From: a virus
Lineage: Duplodnaviria > Caudoviricetes
DNA: 32,305 bases
Direction: 5' to 3' (one strand)
Virus record (IMG/VR): IMGVR_UViG_3300025874_000046
Location: 1-32,305 of that record
Shown here: positions 30,347 through 32,305 of the stretch, one piece after another
Position numbering within the stretch: the stretch's first letter is position 1
Layout of the letters: each line of letters opens with the position of its first letter
The notes under the pieces: model-generated
What the model was told of the DNA's origin: nothing
The model's database searches: none
What the model saw: only the letters and a program-made list of their open reading frames with translations
Program-made: the position numbers and the translations under genes

Positions 30347-32239
30347 ATGAAGACTTTAATCTTCGACTTAGAGACAGATGGATTCGTTCCGGATATGACT
30401 ACAATCTGGTCGTGTGGCATTGGTGATCCAGTGACAGGCAAGATTATCACTTATACCGATTACGATGACAGCAGACCCTCACTACAAGAGGGCCTTGATC
30501 GGCTTAAAGCCTGTGACCGTGTTATTGCTCACAACTTAATAGGTTTTGATTACTGGGCGCTAGAAAAATTATACCCCGGCAGCCTACGGTTCGATCAACT
30601 ATGGGATTCTCTGATTGTTGCATCACTATTAGAGCCTGAGCGCCGCAGCCATGCGATTAAAGCGTACGGCCAAGAGTTTGGTGCAGAGAAGGGTGACTTC
30701 ACTAATTTTACAATGGAACCTGAGGACGGTAAGACTAGAGCACAGCAGTTTGAGGATATGTTCCTGTACTGTGAGCGCGACGTAGAAATCAACATGCGCA
30801 TTTATAAAGTGCTGCAAGACACCATGAAACAAGACCTAGTGCACAACAAGATTGATTGGCGGCCATCAATTGAATGTGAGCATAAAACTAATTGGTGTCT
30901 AGCACTTCAGCAAGCGCACGGGTTTAGGCTTGACCTAGAAAAATGCAGAGATCTTGAAAGTCTTTTAACTGAAGAGTCCATCTTAATTGAGCGCAACCTG
31001 GGCGAAGTGTTCCCACCTCAAGTAATACCTGATGGAGCTAACTGGGACCACAACGAACATCGCTGGGCAAACATTAAAGTAGCTGAGCCTAAGGTCAACA
31101 ATAAAACTCGAGGTATTACCAAAGGTGTCCCATATAGCAAGATCAAGATTGAAGTCTTTAATGCAGGTAGCCGAGCACAGATCGTACGTCGATTAACGGC
31201 TAAGTACCCAACATGGAAGCCTAGCAAGTTTACGCCAGGGGGAATGCCCCAAATCGATGAGACCGTGTTGTCTAACATGCGTGTCCCTGAAGCTGAACCA
31301 CTGAAACGATTCTTCCGCGTAAACAAACAACTCTCACAAATCAGTGAAGGTAAGAATGCTTGGTTGAGACTTGAGAAGAATGGCAGGGTGCACGGCAGAG
31401 TAAAATCTGTAGGCTGCCGCACCCATCGCATGTCACATTTCTATCCAAATATGGCCCAAGTCGATAAGCGCGATCATCGAATGCGTGAAGTCTGGGTGGC
31501 CGACCATGGTCATAAGTTAGTAGGTTGTGATGCTTCAGGCCTTGAGCTACGAATGCTTGCACACTATTTAGCTATTTGGGACGGCGGTGAGTACGGTCAA
31601 TCAGTCATTGAAGGTAAGAACGAAGATGGCACAGACGTACACTCACGCACTCAACGCATTGCTAAGTTACAGTCACGTAACAGTGCTAAGACTTTGATCT
31701 ATGGTTTTCTGTATGGCGCAGGCAATATGAAGCTCGCAGATATACATGCAGCTGATGCTAAAGATGCAGGCCTAAAGCCTATGGCAATCACGCATCCAAA
31801 TGGTAAAAAGATCCGCGACTCGTTGCTTAAGGGCATTACAGGTTTAGATAAACTAATCGAAGTATGCCAGGCGCGCGACAAATCACAAAAGTGGCTCAAA
31901 GGTCTTGATGGCCGAAAGATTGCTACTAATGGCCAACACTCAGCACTCAATACATTGCTGCAGGGTGCTGGTGCCATCGTGATGAAGCAAGCACTTGTAG
32001 AGTTTCACTTCAATATCCTACCTAAGCTAGGCCTAGTCGATAAGAACTATGTACCTGTGGGTTGGAACTATGTCGCTAATGTGCACGATGAAGCACAGAT
32101 GACTGCGGAGCCTCAAATAGCAGATCAACTTGGCAAAGCCTTTGCTAATGCAATTAAACAAGCAGGTAAATCCCTGGAACTACGCTGTGAGCTCGATGGT
32201 GAGCACATGGTAGGCGACTCGTGGGCTGATACCCACTAA
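30347..32239 (+). CDS. polA: Family A DNA polymerase (T7 gp5-like) with 3'-5' exonuclease
   Basis: ExoI FDLETDG, ExoII HNLIGFD, ExoIII YCERDV; motif A DASGLELR, motif B RNSAKTLIYGFLYGAG, LNTLLQGAGA, motif C VHDE. Confidence 0.97.
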   Translation: MKTLIFDLETDGFVPDMTTIWSCGIGDPVTGKIITYTDYDDSRPSLQEGLDRLKACDRVIAHNLIGFDYWALEKLYPGSLRFDQLWDSLIVASLLEPERRSHAIKAYGQEFGAEKGDFTNFTMEPEDGKTRAQQFEDMFLYCERDVEINMRIYKVLQDTMKQDLVHNKIDWRPSIECEHKTNWCLALQQAHGFRLDLEKCRDLESLLTEESILIERNLGEVFPPQVIPDGANWDHNEHRWANIKVAEPKVNNKTRGITKGVPYSKIKIEVFNAGSRAQIVRRLTAKYPTWKPSKFTPGGMPQIDETVLSNMRVPEAEPLKRFFRVNKQLSQISEGKNAWLRLEKNGRVHGRVKSVGCRTHRMSHFYPNMAQVDKRDHRMREVWVADHGHKLVGCDASGLELRMLAHYLAIWDGGEYGQSVIEGKNEDGTDVHSRTQRIAKLQSRNSAKTLIYGFLYGAGNMKLADIHAADAKDAGLKPMAITHPNGKKIRDSLLKGITGLDKLIEVCQARDKSQKWLKGLDGRKIATNGQHSALNTLLQGAGAIVMKQALVEFHFNILPKLGLVDKNYVPVGWNYVANVHDEAQMTAEPQIADQLGKAFANAIKQAGKSLELRCELDGEHMVGDSWADTH

Positions 32240-32248
32240 GGAGACACT

Positions 32249-32305
32249 ATGTCTGATTTAGATGACTTTGGAAACAAAGTAACCCCATGTGTTGCACTAT
32301 TGGAT
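32249..32305 (+). CDS. Start of the next gene (truncated), possibly a T7 gp6-like exonuclease
   Basis: RBS taaggag; MSDLDDFGNKVTPCVALLD... The function is a guess from position and the ALLD motif only. Confidence 0.45.
   Translation, partial: MSDLDDFGNKVTPCVALLD

Noticed and set aside
26656-32239. Inteins, introns or homing endonucleases in the primase, RNR or polymerase genes
   Set aside because: The ORFs are uninterrupted, of ordinary length, and their motifs are normally spaced.
1-32305. Integrated prophage with host flanks
   Set aside because: No host housekeeping genes are present, and the att core has phage genes on both sides, so it is attP and not attL or attR.

Overview
The whole window is bacteriophage DNA, almost entirely + strand, in the unintegrated (attP-intact) configuration. 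Bases 1-13,740 hold the end of a siphovirus-type late operon: fibre, neck/connector, tail tube, tail chaperone with a -1 frameshift, 799-aa tape measure, Dit/hub/gpJ-like tip, lysozyme and holin. Bases 13,880-15,900 hold a lysogeny module: an XRE regulator, a tyrosine integrase and an attP carrying the 3' half of tRNA-Asn(GTT). Bases 15,990-32,305 are a T7-like (Autographiviridae-type) arm: single-subunit RNA polymerase, three copies of its probable promoter, SSB, RusA, a ThyA-family enzyme, gp4-like primase-helicase, class II RNR and gp5-like DNA polymerase. Four things stand out. (1) It is a temperate, long-tailed phage with a T7-type transcription and replication core. (2) An array of small-gene cassettes is separated by ~160-bp repeats, each made of terminator, palindromic operator, host promoter and RBS. 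(3) The thymidylate synthase homolog has Asp at the E. coli N177 specificity position, the signature of dCMP-acting enzymes, and a dCMP deaminase is encoded in the same arm. (4) The head-tail connector is fused to a fibre-like domain that is also encoded as a free paralog. All calls come from motif recognition by eye; no searches were run.
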